Assembly: GCA_937864225.1 (NCBI GenBank)
Contig: CALMJK010000002.1
Location: 67,916-131,915 of the forward strand
Length of the DNA: 64,000 nucleotides
Direction of reading: 5' to 3'
Origin: an uncultured bacterium
GTDB lineage: Bacteria; Krumholzibacteriota; Krumholzibacteriia; LZORAL124-64-63
How positions within the stretch are numbered: the stretch's first letter is position 1; each line of letters opens with the position of its first letter. This document shows positions 45,379 through 55,341 of the stretch, piece after piece. The translations under genes were made by a program, and so were the position numbers. The notes under the pieces are model-generated. The model searched no databases and was not told the origin of the DNA. It saw only the letters and a program-made list of their open reading frames with translations.

Positions 45379-46512
45379 ATGGCGCTCGAGGGACAGCTCA
45401 GCGATTTCAGTCTCGAGGAGATCCTCCAGCTGATCGCCGTCCAGCAGAAGTCGGGCTTCCTCGTGCTCAAGCACGAGCGCGAGATCGTCTTCTACTTCGA
45501 TCGCGGCGTCCTGATCTCCACCCGCGACCGCCGCAATCCCGGCGACGACCCGCTCGATGCCTATCTGCATCGCTACGGCTTCCTGAAGCCCGAGCAGTGG
45601 CAGCACATCGAGTTCGTCCTCCAGCACGCGAAGCTCGACCTGACCGAGGTGCTGACCTCGGAGAACCTCCTCGACGAGGCGGCCCTGACCGCCGTCCTGC
45701 AGGGGTTGGCTCAGGAGCTGGTCCACGAGGGGATGAAGATCAAGCGCGGCCAGTACCACTTCACGGCCACCACCGAGGTGGGCACCGGCGTGCGCGGCCG
45801 CATCGCCATGGACGTGCAGGGCCTGCTGATGGAGGGAGCGCGCCGTCTCGACGAAGAGCCCCGGCTCGTCGAAAAGCTGCCCAGCCTGTCGATGACCTTC
45901 GAGCCCGGTCCCAAGCCGCCGCAGGCCGGCGCGCTGGGCGAAATTTCGCAGCGCCTGCTGCGGCTGGCGACGCAGGGCCTCTCGCTCGGCGAGATCATCG
46001 CGCAGGGACGGACCAGCGCCTTCATGGCGCGCGAGCTGCTGGCGAACCTGTGCGAGTCGGGCGCGCTGATCGCCTCCAAGACCGAACTGGCGCAGGTCAT
46101 CCAGCTGCCCGTCAGCCGCCAGGCCGACGGCGGCGGCCGCGACGCCCTGCGCCAGCCCGCGCTCGTCGCGCTGCTGTGCCTGCTGCTGCTGGCGGGCGCG
46201 GTCGCGCAATGGCGGCCCCTGTTGGCCGGTCCGGCGCCCCCCGACCTGACCGCCGACGCGGACCGGACGGCGATCGACGGGCCGCAGGGCGTCGCCTGCG
46301 TCACGGCCGAGCAGATCCGGCTGGCGCAGCTGCGCGACGGCGTCGAGCAGGCGATCCTCCTCTACCACCGCCAGCACGGCCGCCATCCGCGCGCGCTGAC
46401 CGCGCTGGTCGAGGAGGGTTTCCTGGACGCCGGCGTGCCGACCACGCTCGAGGCGCGCGGTTGGCGGTACCAGGCGACCGGCGGCCATGGCGGCCGCCTG
46501 CTGGCGCCCTAG
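45379..46512 (+). CDS. DUF4388 domain-containing protein
   Basis: N-terminal LEGQLSDFSLEEILQLIAVQQKSGFLVL is the DUF4388 hallmark. Starts 4 nt after the upstream stop. Confidence 0.65.
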   Translation: MALEGQLSDFSLEEILQLIAVQQKSGFLVLKHEREIVFYFDRGVLISTRDRRNPGDDPLDAYLHRYGFLKPEQWQHIEFVLQHAKLDLTEVLTSENLLDEAALTAVLQGLAQELVHEGMKIKRGQYHFTATTEVGTGVRGRIAMDVQGLLMEGARRLDEEPRLVEKLPSLSMTFEPGPKPPQAGALGEISQRLLRLATQGLSLGEIIAQGRTSAFMARELLANLCESGALIASKTELAQVIQLPVSRQADGGGRDALRQPALVALLCLLLLAGAVAQWRPLLAGPAPPDLTADADRTAIDGPQGVACVTAEQIRLAQLRDGVEQAILLYHRQHGRHPRALTALVEEGFLDAGVPTTLEARGWRYQATGGHGGRLLAP

Positions 46513-46643
46513 CCGCCCGACGCGCCGCGCTTGACTCCCTCGCCTGCCCCGCTAGCTTCGAGCTCGCGCACGCCGCCGCGGGCACGCCGCCCGCGCCGCG
46601 TCCACCCGCGCCGCGCGCCCGCCGCGCGCTGGAGGGCTCCGCC

Positions 46644-47852
46644 ATGGCCGCTCCCGTGCCCCGCTTCCTGCCCGCCGACCGGGTCCGCAACCTGCCGCCG
46701 TACATCTTCGCGCGCGTCTTCGCGCTGCGCGACGGGGCCCTGGCCCAGGGGCGGCGGGTGTACGACATGGGGGTCGGCAATCCGGACGGCCGCCCGCCCG
46801 CGCACGTCGTGCAGGCGCTCGTCGACGCCGTCGGCGACCCGGCGGCCAACGTGCACCGTTATTCGACCTTCGACGGCTCGCCGGCCCTGCGCCGCGCGAT
46901 CGCCCACTGGTACGAGCGCCGCTTCGGCGTGGCGCTCGCGCCCGACGCCCAGACGCTGCCGCTGATCGGCTCCAAGGAGGGGCTGGCGAACCTGATGCGC
47001 GCCTACGTGAACCGGGGCGACGTCGTGATCATCCCCAGTCCCTGCTACCCCGCCTACTTCGGCGCGGCGCGTCTGTGCGAGGCGGAGATTCACGAGATGG
47101 AGCTGAGCGAGGCGCGCGGCTACCAGCCCGACTTCGACGCCATCCCCGCCGACGTCGCGGGCCGCGCGAAGCTGCTGCTTTTGAACTACCCCAACAACCC
47201 GACGGGGGGCGTCTGCGAGCTCGGGCTGTACGAGCGGGCTTTGGCGTTCTGCGACCGGCACGGCATCCTGCTCGTCTCGGACATCGCCTACAGCGAATTG
47301 AGCCTGGATCCGGCCTGCTCGCCGCCCAGCGCCCTGCAGGTGCCGGGCGCCGCCGAACGCGTCGTCGAGTTCCAGTCCCTCTCGAAAAGCCACAACATGG
47401 CGGGCTGGCGCGTTGGCTTCGTCGCCGGCTGCGCCGAGGTCGTCGCCACGCTCGGCCGGCTCAAGAGCAACGTCGACTTCTCCCTCTTCGGCGCCATCCA
47501 GGCCGCCGCCGCGGCCGCGCTGACGGGCGATCAGTCGATCTGCCGCGACAACGCCGCGCTCTACCGCCGCCGCCGCGACCTCGTGCTCGAGACGTGGCGC
47601 GCGCTCGGCTGGCGTCTCGAGCCTCCCCGCGCCACGATGTACGTCTGGGGCCACGTGCCGCGCGCCTACGGCGACGACGACTGGGCCTTCGTGCACGACC
47701 TATTCGCGAAGACCGGCGTGCTGCTCTCGCCCGGGTCGGGCTTCGGCGTCTACGGCAAGGGGTGCGTCCGCGCCTCGCTGGGTCTGGAAGAGTCGGCGCT
47801 GCGCGACGCCATGGCCGCGTGCGCCGCGGCCGACCTCGACTGGCGCGGTTGA
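46644..47852 (+). CDS. class I/II PLP-dependent aminotransferase (LL-diaminopimelate/aspartate aminotransferase-like)
   Basis: ATG MAAPVPRF with GGAGGG RBS. NLPPYIF...LNYPNNPTG...SLSKSHNMAGWRVG (PLP-Lys context). Confidence 0.75.
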   Translation: MAAPVPRFLPADRVRNLPPYIFARVFALRDGALAQGRRVYDMGVGNPDGRPPAHVVQALVDAVGDPAANVHRYSTFDGSPALRRAIAHWYERRFGVALAPDAQTLPLIGSKEGLANLMRAYVNRGDVVIIPSPCYPAYFGAARLCEAEIHEMELSEARGYQPDFDAIPADVAGRAKLLLLNYPNNPTGGVCELGLYERALAFCDRHGILLVSDIAYSELSLDPACSPPSALQVPGAAERVVEFQSLSKSHNMAGWRVGFVAGCAEVVATLGRLKSNVDFSLFGAIQAAAAAALTGDQSICRDNAALYRRRRDLVLETWRALGWRLEPPRATMYVWGHVPRAYGDDDWAFVHDLFAKTGVLLSPGSGFGVYGKGCVRASLGLEESALRDAMAACAAADLDWRG

Positions 47853-47872
47853 GCGGCGGCCCGCGCCGGCGC

Positions 47873-49126
47873 TCAGGCGGGTCCGTACGTCGCGACGACC
47901 AGGCGGTCGGGGTGGAAGTAGAGTTCGGCCGCGCGCGCGACCCCGTCGCGGTCGACCGCGTCGAGTTCCGCGACGAGCTCCGTCAACGGCACGAAGCGCC
48001 CGTGATAGATCTCGTTCTTGGCGGCGCGCCCCATCTGTCCCATCACGCCCTCGAGCGAGAAGACCGTCTGCGCCTTCAACTGCGCCCGGTTGGCCTCCAG
48101 CTCGTCGGCATCGGCCCCATCGCGGATCAGCCGCGCGTACTCCTGGCGCACGACCTCCTCGACGCGGCTCATCTTGGCGGGCGAGCACGACCCGGCGCAG
48201 CTGACTAGGCCGGTGTCGCGCCCGAGGTCGGTGTAGATGTAGACCGTGTACGCCAGCCCTTCCCGCTCCCGCACCGCCTGGAAGACCCGGCTCGACATCC
48301 CGCCCCCCAGCAGGTTCGCCACCAGATAGATCGCCACCCGGTCGGGGTGGTTCAGCGACACCGCCGCGGCCCCCAGTTCGAAGTAGCTCTGCACGAGGGG
48401 ACCGCGCAGGTCCAGGCGCCCCGCCCCCCCGGCGTTCAGCGGGGTCGACCCCGGCGCCGCGGCTTGCCGCGGCGGAGGCGCGTCGAACAGCCGCGCCACG
48501 AGATCGCGCGCGCGCTCGTCCACCTCGCCCGCGAGCGTGACGACGAGGTTGGGCCCGCACATCAGCGCGGCGTGCTCGCGCCGCAGCGTGGCCTGGTCGA
48601 GCGCCATGACGCTCTCGCGCGTGCCGAGGATCGGCAGCGCGCGCGGGTGCGATTCGTACAGGCGGGCCTCGAAGGCGTCGTGCAGGTGATCCTCGGGCGT
48701 GTCGCGGGCCTCCTGGATCTCCTCGCAGACGACCTCCTGCTCGAGCTTGATCATCTCGGGATCGAGCGCCGGGCGCAGCAGCATGTCGGCCAGCAGCTCC
48801 GCCGTGGCCGGCAGGTACTCCGGCAGCACGCGCGCCGTGAACGCGAGGTTGTCCTTGGTCGTGAAGGCGTCGACGGAGGCGCCGAGCGCGTCGAAGCCGG
48901 CCGCGATCTCCAGCGCGGAGCGGTTGACCGACCCCTTGAAGACGATGTGCTCGATGAAATGCGACAGTCCGCCCAGCCCGGGCGGCTCGTCCTGGGTGCT
49001 GCGGCGCACCCAGCAGCCCAGCGCCACGGAATGGGCGCCGGGCACCGGCACGGTGAGCAGGACGGCCCCGCCGGGAAGCATCACGCGCCCCGGCGGGGTC
49101 TCGTCGGCGTAGCAGCCTAGGTTCAT
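47873..49126 (-). CDS. M16 family zinc peptidase (pitrilysin/insulinase-like)
   Basis: HFIEHIVFKG inverted zinc-binding motif HxxEH. 417 aa. Conserved position downstream of pnp. Confidence 0.85.
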   Translation of the reverse strand: MNLGCYADETPPGRVMLPGGAVLLTVPVPGAHSVALGCWVRRSTQDEPPGLGGLSHFIEHIVFKGSVNRSALEIAAGFDALGASVDAFTTKDNLAFTARVLPEYLPATAELLADMLLRPALDPEMIKLEQEVVCEEIQEARDTPEDHLHDAFEARLYESHPRALPILGTRESVMALDQATLRREHAALMCGPNLVVTLAGEVDERARDLVARLFDAPPPRQAAAPGSTPLNAGGAGRLDLRGPLVQSYFELGAAAVSLNHPDRVAIYLVANLLGGGMSSRVFQAVREREGLAYTVYIYTDLGRDTGLVSCAGSCSPAKMSRVEEVVRQEYARLIRDGADADELEANRAQLKAQTVFSLEGVMGQMGRAAKNEIYHGRFVPLTELVAELDAVDRDGVARAAELYFHPDRLVVATYGPA

Positions 49127-49159
49127 GGGCGACAGCGCCGGTTGGACACGGGGCGCCGC

Positions 49160-51358
49160 CTACCGACGCCGCCGCTCGCGGTCGCCGCCGCGGTCGCCGC
49201 CGCGGTCGAAACCGCGCCCGCCGCGGCCGCCGCGATCCACGCGCGCGGCCTCGGGGTCCACGCCCGCCGGCACCGGCAGCAGCGCCTTGCGCGACAGGCG
49301 CACCTTGCCGGTGCGGCCATCGACCTCGACCAGCTTGACGTCGACCTCCTCGCCCATCTGTAGCACGTCCTCGACGTTCCCGACGCGGAAGTGCTCGAGC
49401 TCGGAGATGTGGAGCAGCCCCTCCTTGCCGGGCAGGTACTCCACGAAGGCGCCGAAATCGGTGATGCTCTTGACCTTGCCGTGATAGACCGCGCCGATCT
49501 CCGGCTCGGTCATCATGCCCTTGATGATGTCCATGGCCGCCTGGCCGCTCGCCTGGTCGGCGGACGAGACGTACACGATGCCGTTGTCGTCGACCTCGAT
49601 CGTCGCGCCGGTCGTCTCCTGGATCTTCTTGATCACCTTGCCGCCCGGGCCGATGAGCTCGCCGATCTTCTGCACCGGGATCTGGATCGAGATGATCTTC
49701 GGCGCGTAGGGAGAGAGCTCCGCGCGCGGCGCGGACAGCGCCTCGGCCATCTTGTCCAGAATGTGCAGGCGCGCGCGGCGCGCGTTCTCGAGCGCCTCGG
49801 TCAGGATCGCGCGGCTGATGCCGCCGATCTTCGTGTCGAGCTGGAAGGCGGTGATGCCGTCGCGCGAGCCGGTCACCTTGAAGTCCATGTCGCCGAGGTG
49901 ATCCTCGACGCCCAGGATGTCGGTCAGCACCGCGACGCGGTCCCCTTCCTTGACCAGGCCCATCGCCACGCCCGCGACGGGGCGCTTGATCGGCACGCCG
50001 GCGTCCATCAGGGCGAGGATGCCGGAGCAGACCGTGGCCATCGAGCTCGAGCCGTTCGACTCGAGGATGTCCGACACGATGCGGATCGTGTAGGGGAACT
50101 CCTCGATCGTGGGCAACACGGGCTTGATCGCGCGCTCGGCCAGCTTGCCGTGCCCGACCTCGCGGCGGCCCTGGCCGGAGTAGCGTCCGACCTCGCCCAC
50201 CGAGAAGGGCGGGAAGTTGTAGTGCAGGTAGTACTTGTTGTAGAACTCGGTCTCCAGGCTCTCGATCTTCTGCTCGTCCATCTTGGTGCCGAGCGTGGTC
50301 GTGCCGAGCGACTGGGTCTCGCCGCGCGTGAACAGCGCCGAGCCGTGCGCGCGGGGCAGCACGCCCAGGTCGATCGTGATCGGACGCACGGTGGTCAGGT
50401 CGCGGCCGTCGGCGCGACGCTTCTCGTCGAGGATCATCGCGCGCATGGTCTGCTTCTCGAGCTTGGCGAAGGCCTCCTCGACGCCCGGCTTGGCCGCGCC
50501 GGTGGCGTCCACGAAGTGCGCCTTGACCTTGGCCGTCAGCGCCTCGACGGCGTCCTGGCGCTCCTGCTTGCTCGCGATGCGCACCGCGGCGCGCAGATCG
50601 GCGCCCACGAGCGCCTCGACCTCGGCCAGCAGCGCCTTGTCCTGCGTCGCGATCTCCACGGCGAACTTCGGCTTGGCCGGCGCGCGCGACTTCAGATCGC
50701 GCTGCATCGCGTTCAGCTTGCGGATCCACCCGTGCGCGAAGTCGATGGCGTCGAGCAGCCGCTCCTCCGACACCTCGCGGCACTCGCCCTCGATCATGAC
50801 CACGATCTCGTCGGTGCCGGCCACGACCAGGTCCATCGACGACTGCTCGCGCTGCGCGAAGCTCGGATTGCAGATGAACTGCCCCTCGACCTCCGCCACG
50901 CGCACGCCCGAGATGATCTCGGGGAAGGGCACGTCGGAGATGTTCAGGGCCGCCGAGGCCGCGGTGATCGCGAGCACGTCGGCGTCGAAATCGGTGTCGG
51001 CGCTGATGATGAACGCGACGATCTGGGTCTCGTTGCGGTAGCCCTCCGGAAACAGCGGGCGCAGCGGCCGGTCGATGAGCCGGCAGCTGAGCGTCTCGCG
51101 CTCGGAGGGGCGCCCCTCGCGCTTGAAGAAGCCGCCGGGGATTTTGCCGGCGGCGTAGGTCTTGTTGCGGTACTCGACGAACAGCGGCAGAAAATCGCGG
51201 TCGCTCCGCTTCTTCTCGGCCACGGCGCAGACCAGCGCCATGGTATCGCCCTGGCGCACGACGACGGCGCCATTGGCCTGCCGCGCCATGCGGCCGGTCT
51301 CCAGCGAGAACTCGGCGCCGTTGATCTCCATGGAAACACGCATCGGATTCGGTTGCAT
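49160..51358 (-). CDS. pnp: polyribonucleotide nucleotidyltransferase
   Basis: Start at internal Met [17 protein letters not shown]. Two RNase PH domains, KH ([11 protein letters not shown]) and S1 ([18 protein letters not shown]), plus an RGG-rich tail. Confidence 0.9.
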   Translation of the reverse strand: MQPNPMRVSMEINGAEFSLETGRMARQANGAVVVRQGDTMALVCAVAEKKRSDRDFLPLFVEYRNKTYAAGKIPGGFFKREGRPSERETLSCRLIDRPLRPLFPEGYRNETQIVAFIISADTDFDADVLAITAASAALNISDVPFPEIISGVRVAEVEGQFICNPSFAQREQSSMDLVVAGTDEIVVMIEGECREVSEERLLDAIDFAHGWIRKLNAMQRDLKSRAPAKPKFAVEIATQDKALLAEVEALVGADLRAAVRIASKQERQDAVEALTAKVKAHFVDATGAAKPGVEEAFAKLEKQTMRAMILDEKRRADGRDLTTVRPITIDLGVLPRAHGSALFTRGETQSLGTTTLGTKMDEQKIESLETEFYNKYYLHYNFPPFSVGEVGRYSGQGRREVGHGKLAERAIKPVLPTIEEFPYTIRIVSDILESNGSSSMATVCSGILALMDAGVPIKRPVAGVAMGLVKEGDRVAVLTDILGVEDHLGDMDFKVTGSRDGITAFQLDTKIGGISRAILTEALENARRARLHILDKMAEALSAPRAELSPYAPKIISIQIPVQKIGELIGPGGKVIKKIQETTGATIEVDDNGIVYVSSADQASGQAAMDIIKGMMTEPEIGAVYHGKVKSITDFGAFVEYLPGKEGLLHISELEHFRVGNVEDVLQMGEEVDVKLVEVDGRTGKVRLSRKALLPVPAGVDPEAARVDRGGRGGRGFDRGGDRGGDRERRRR

Positions 51359-51547
51359 CTTGCTTCTTCCTTCCGTCTCTCTACTTCCCCAACTTCCCCC
51401 ACCAGCTTCCACGGAGGTGGCGCGGCACGGCGCAGCCGTGCCCTGACCGGCGGGACGCGGCGCACGAATACGCGCCGCGGTCCGTCTCCTCGGACTCCAT
51501 CACCAGGATGAGAGGCTGCCCTGTCTTGGGGTGGCTCGACCGCGTCG

Positions 51548-51817
51548 TCAGCCGCGGATCTCGAGCTCCTTGATGAGGGCGCGATAGCTCTCGAGGTTCT
51601 TCTTCTTCAGGTAGTTCAGCAGCCGCTTGCGCTGGCCTACCATCTTCAGCAGTCCGCGCCGCGAGTGATGATCCTTCGCGTGGAGTTTGAAGTGTCCCGA
51701 GAGCTGCTTGATCCTCGCCGTCAGCAACGCGATCTGCACCTCGGGCGAACCGGAGTCGCCTTCGTGCTTTTTGTGCTGGGCGATGACCGCCTGCTTCTGT
51801 TCCTTGGTGAGCGCCAT
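51548..51817 (-). CDS. rpsO: 30S ribosomal protein S15
   Basis: 89 aa. [36 protein letters not shown]... GAAGGAGG RBS. Confidence 0.95.
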   Translation of the reverse strand: MALTKEQKQAVIAQHKKHEGDSGSPEVQIALLTARIKQLSGHFKLHAKDHHSRRGLLKMVGQRKRLLNYLKKKNLESYRALIKELEIRG

Positions 51818-52006
51818 CGTCGAGAACCTCCTTCATAGGGTCACGATGGCCGCAGGTTCGATCCCGTTCGGGGAATACAGGTGATAGATGGTTCCCATTC
51901 CCCGTTCGGCGGCGCGAGCGCCGTCATGATCGACCCGCTGCGGATTCCGGGCACCACAGAAAACGCAGGGCCAGAGGGGGCCCCGCGTCCTGCAATGGCC
52001 GCCCGC

Positions 52007-52035
52007 AATATAGGCCAGGGCTCCAGCTCTGGCAA
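52007..52035 (-). promoter_or_regulatory. candidate sigma70 promoter TTGCCA-N17-TATATT about 190 nt upstream of rpsO
   Basis: Minus-strand read TTGCCAgagctggagccctggccTATATT. Coordinates come from counting back from the rpsO ATG. Confidence 0.4.
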
Positions 52036-52101
52036 GCGGAAACCCCGACGGGAATGATCGGCCGCAAACGGCTGCGCTTGAGGCGGATGCGCGGGCGGCC
52101 C

Positions 52102-54132
52102 CTAGGCGCCGCCGCTGCCGGCGATCCCGGCGCCCTCGGCCACCGCCAGCGCCGGGCGTGGCGGCGGTTCCGCGACGGGGGGCGGCGTCGTGGCCAGGCC
52201 GTTGGTCAGGCCCCGGAACGTCGGCACCAGCCCGATCAGCAGGGTCCAGCAGGCGTCCAGATCGCCCGCCTCGGCGGCCGCCAGCAGCCGCCGCACCCGC
52301 GGTTCCAGATCCGGCGGACCCCCCTCGCCGCGCGGGGCGGCCAGGATGCTGGGGTGGGCGGTGGCCTGCGGCTGCTCGGCCTGCGTCCAGAGCTCCTCGG
52401 TCAGCTTCTCGCCGGGGCGCAGGCCCGTGTAGACCACCGGCACGTCCACGTCGGGCACCAGGCCGCTGAGCTGGATCATGTTGCGGGCGAGCTGGTCGAT
52501 GGAGACCGGCTCGCCCATGTCGAGGATGAAGGTCTCGCCGCCGCGGGCCATGGCGCCGGCGAACAGCACCAGGTGCACGGCCTCGGCGATGGTCATGAAG
52601 TAGCGTTCCATGCGCGGGTGGGTGACCGTGACCGGCAGCCCCTGGCGGATCTGGCGCAGGAACAGCTCGACCACGCTGCCGTTGGAGCCCAGGACGTTGC
52701 CGAAGCGGATGGCGCAGTAGCGCCCGGCGGCCGCGTTGCTGCGGGCGCGCACCAGATGCTCGCAGATCCGCTTGCTGGCGCCCATGACGCTGGTCGGGTT
52801 GACCGCCTTGTCCGTGCTGATCAGCACGAACGCCTCCACGCCGTGCCGCTCGGCCGCTCCCAGCAGGTTCAGCGTGCCGCCCACGTTGTTGAGGATCGCC
52901 TCGGCCGGATGGTGCTGCAGCACGGGCACGTGCTTGTAGGCCGCGGCATGGAAGACGATCTCCGGCCGCCGGCGCGCGAACAGCTCGTCCAGGCGCCGCG
53001 GCTCGCGCACGTCGCCCAATTGGAAGTCCAGCGCGACGCCCTCCGCCGCCCGCGCGCGCAGCTCGTGCTCGAGGCGGAACAGTCCGTTCTCGTCGCGGTC
53101 GAGGCAGATCAGCGCGGTCGCTCCCTGCCCGGCGATCTGGCGGCACAGCTCCGAGCCGATGCTCCCGGCCGCGCCCGTCACGAGCACGGTGCGGCCGCGC
53201 AGCAGTTCCCTGATCTGCGGCACGCTGGCCGGCAGGGAGCTGCGCTGCAGCAGGTCCTCGACCCGGAAATCGGAGATCCGTTCCACGACCCGGTTGCTGT
53301 GCAGGATCTGGGCGACGTCGGGGATCGTCTTGAGCGGGACGGCCACCTGCCGGCACAGGCGCGCGATGCGGTACATCTGCGCGGAGGTCGCCGACGGCAC
53401 GGCCAGCACGATGGCCTGGGCCCGGTGGCGCCGCACGACCTCGGCCACGCGCTCGATCGGGCCCACCACGGGCACGCCCATGATCGTCGTGCCCTGCTTG
53501 AGCGCGTCGTCGTCCAGGATCGCCACGGGCCGCCACTGGGCGAGCCGGCGGCCGAACATGGCGCGGATGGTCAGCACGCCGGCCTCCCCCGCGCCCACCA
53601 CGACCACGCGCCGGCGGCCGGGCGCGCCCAGCGCGCCGCGACACTCCTCGCTCACGCGCCACGCGTAGCGCAGCGCGGCCAACAGCGCCAGACACACGAG
53701 CGCCTCGATCGCCAGGACGCCGCGGGGCAGGCCGCCCTGCCCGGTCAGGCGCAGCGCAGCGCCCAGCAGCGCCGAGCCCGTGATGGTCGCGCCCACCAGC
53801 GGCAGCAGATCGCCGGCCCCGGCGTGTCGCCACGGCAGCCGGTGCAGGCGAAAGGCGAGGCAACCCGCCACGCGCGCGCCGATCACCACGGGCAGCGTGT
53901 GCAGCCAGAGGGCGTGCCACGGCTCGCGCAGCCGATCCAGGGGCGAGCTGTCCAGGCGCAGGCAGAAGGTCAGGGTCCAGGAGATCGCCGCGACGGCGGC
54001 GCCCAGGACGATGGTCACGGGCAACCGTCGCGCCCGCAACCAGCGGCTCAGCGCGCCTTCAGGTTGGAAGAAGGAGGCCAAGGCGGCGCCGCCGGCCACG
54101 AGCCCGAGCGCACGGCGCGGTTTGAACTCCAT
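52102..54132 (-). CDS. polysaccharide biosynthesis protein, UDP-sugar 4,6-dehydratase family (PglF/WbpM/CapD-like) with N-terminal membrane domain
   Basis: Start MEFKPRR. Four N-terminal TMs, a Rossmann domain, then VTGAAGSIGSELCRQ...YKHVP...MGASKRICE catalytic motifs. Confidence 0.85.
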   Translation of the reverse strand: MEFKPRRALGLVAGGAALASFFQPEGALSRWLRARRLPVTIVLGAAVAAISWTLTFCLRLDSSPLDRLREPWHALWLHTLPVVIGARVAGCLAFRLHRLPWRHAGAGDLLPLVGATITGSALLGAALRLTGQGGLPRGVLAIEALVCLALLAALRYAWRVSEECRGALGAPGRRRVVVVGAGEAGVLTIRAMFGRRLAQWRPVAILDDDALKQGTTIMGVPVVGPIERVAEVVRRHRAQAIVLAVPSATSAQMYRIARLCRQVAVPLKTIPDVAQILHSNRVVERISDFRVEDLLQRSSLPASVPQIRELLRGRTVLVTGAAGSIGSELCRQIAGQGATALICLDRDENGLFRLEHELRARAAEGVALDFQLGDVREPRRLDELFARRRPEIVFHAAAYKHVPVLQHHPAEAILNNVGGTLNLLGAAERHGVEAFVLISTDKAVNPTSVMGASKRICEHLVRARSNAAAGRYCAIRFGNVLGSNGSVVELFLRQIRQGLPVTVTHPRMERYFMTIAEAVHLVLFAGAMARGGETFILDMGEPVSIDQLARNMIQLSGLVPDVDVPVVYTGLRPGEKLTEELWTQAEQPQATAHPSILAAPRGEGGPPDLEPRVRRLLAAAEAGDLDACWTLLIGLVPTFRGLTNGLATTPPPVAEPPPRPALAVAEGAGIAGSGGA

Positions 54133-54272
54133 TTCTCGAGCCTTTCCGACCACAACCCGCGCCGTCGCCAGCGCGCGGCGCGGAGGGCGAGAAGAACTTC
54201 AGCGCGGCACTATAGAGCAAGCGCGCGCGCCCTGACAGCGCGATTCCTTCGCGCGAACTCTGGGGTTGCCGG

Positions 54273-54896
54273 TCACCGGTCGTCCGGGCCGGTCACGATG
54301 GCGCGCTCCTCGAGCAGGGCCACGATCCGCTCGACGCACTCCCGCGGCGAGAGCCGGTCGGTGTCGAGCACGAGCTCGGCCGCCTGCGGCTCCTCGTAGG
54401 GGGCGCTGATCCCGGTGAACTCGGGGATCTGCCCGGCGCGGGCCTTCTTGTAGAGGCCCTTGGGATCGCGCCGTTCGCACTCCTCCACGGAGCAGCGGCA
54501 CCAGATCTCGATGAACTCGCCCGGCGGCAGCAGCGCCCGGTTGCGATCGCGGTCGGCCCGGTAGGGCGAGATGAAGGCGGTGAGCGCGACGAGGCCGGCG
54601 TCGACCATCAGCTTGGCCACCTCGCCGATGCGCCGGATGTTCTCCTCGCGATCGGCCGGGCTGAAACCCAGGTCGCGATTGAGGCCGTGCCGGACGTTGT
54701 CCCCGTCCAGGATGTAGGTGTGGCAGCCCCGCTCGAACAGCACCTGCTCGACCATGCGGGCCAGGGTGGACTTGCCGCTGCTGGACAGGCCGGTGAACCA
54801 CAGCACGGCGCCCTTGTGCCCGTTGCGCCGCTCGCGATCCTCCCGCCCGACGATCGCCTCGGACCAGGTGATGTGCTTGCTCTTGGGTGCGTCCAT
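54273..54896 (-). CDS. cysC: adenylyl-sulfate kinase
   Basis: Start [30 protein letters not shown]-loop. ...[14 protein letters not shown]... Confidence 0.85.
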   Translation of the reverse strand: MDAPKSKHITWSEAIVGREDRERRNGHKGAVLWFTGLSSSGKSTLARMVEQVLFERGCHTYILDGDNVRHGLNRDLGFSPADREENIRRIGEVAKLMVDAGLVALTAFISPYRADRDRNRALLPPGEFIEIWCRCSVEECERRDPKGLYKKARAGQIPEFTGISAPYEEPQAAELVLDTDRLSPRECVERIVALLEERAIVTGPDDR

Positions 54897-54975
54897 GGTC
54901 GCGCGCCGCCTCCCGCGTGGTTGAGCGCAGTCGCCGGCGCCGTCCCGCGCCCCGGACCGCAAGTGGATGGAAAGG

Positions 54976-55215
54976 TCAGAGATAACCCAGGGTCTTGAGC
55001 TTGTCCTTGATGCGCTCGAGCTGCTCCCCGCTGAACTCGACGGGCTCGCCCTGCCCCGTCTTGGGCGCCTGCGGCACCCGCCCCTCGTACACGATGTCCC
55101 GCAGCACGAACACCACGAAATCCGTGACCGAATTGAAACCCGACCCCTCGATCAACCGTGATATATGGTCGTAGAGGGGTTTGGGGATCTTGAGGGTGAC
55201 TCGTGGCTGGGGCAT
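54976..55215 (-). CDS. ribbon-helix-helix (CopG/Arc-like) DNA-binding protein
   Basis: About 80 aa from [42 protein letters not shown]. Beta-strand then two helices, typical RHH. Confidence 0.5.
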   Translation of the reverse strand: MPQPRVTLKIPKPLYDHISRLIEGSGFNSVTDFVVFVLRDIVYEGRVPQAPKTGQGEPVEFSGEQLERIKDKLKTLGYL

Positions 55216-55341
55216 GGCAATCTCCCAGGGCGCCCGGAGCACTCCGAAAACACTCACATAGTAGCCCAAGGAAGACCCGGAATCAAGCGCGATGCGCGAC
55301 GGCGCCGGATCGGGCGGCGACTTCGTTGGCCCTGCGCACCG

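Noticed and set aside
51833-53920. 695-aa minus ORF overlapping the PglF-like gene, plus 52054..54399 (+)
   Set aside because: Out of frame with the clearly conserved dehydratase (Rossmann and YxxxK-region motifs). Arg/Gly-rich composition.
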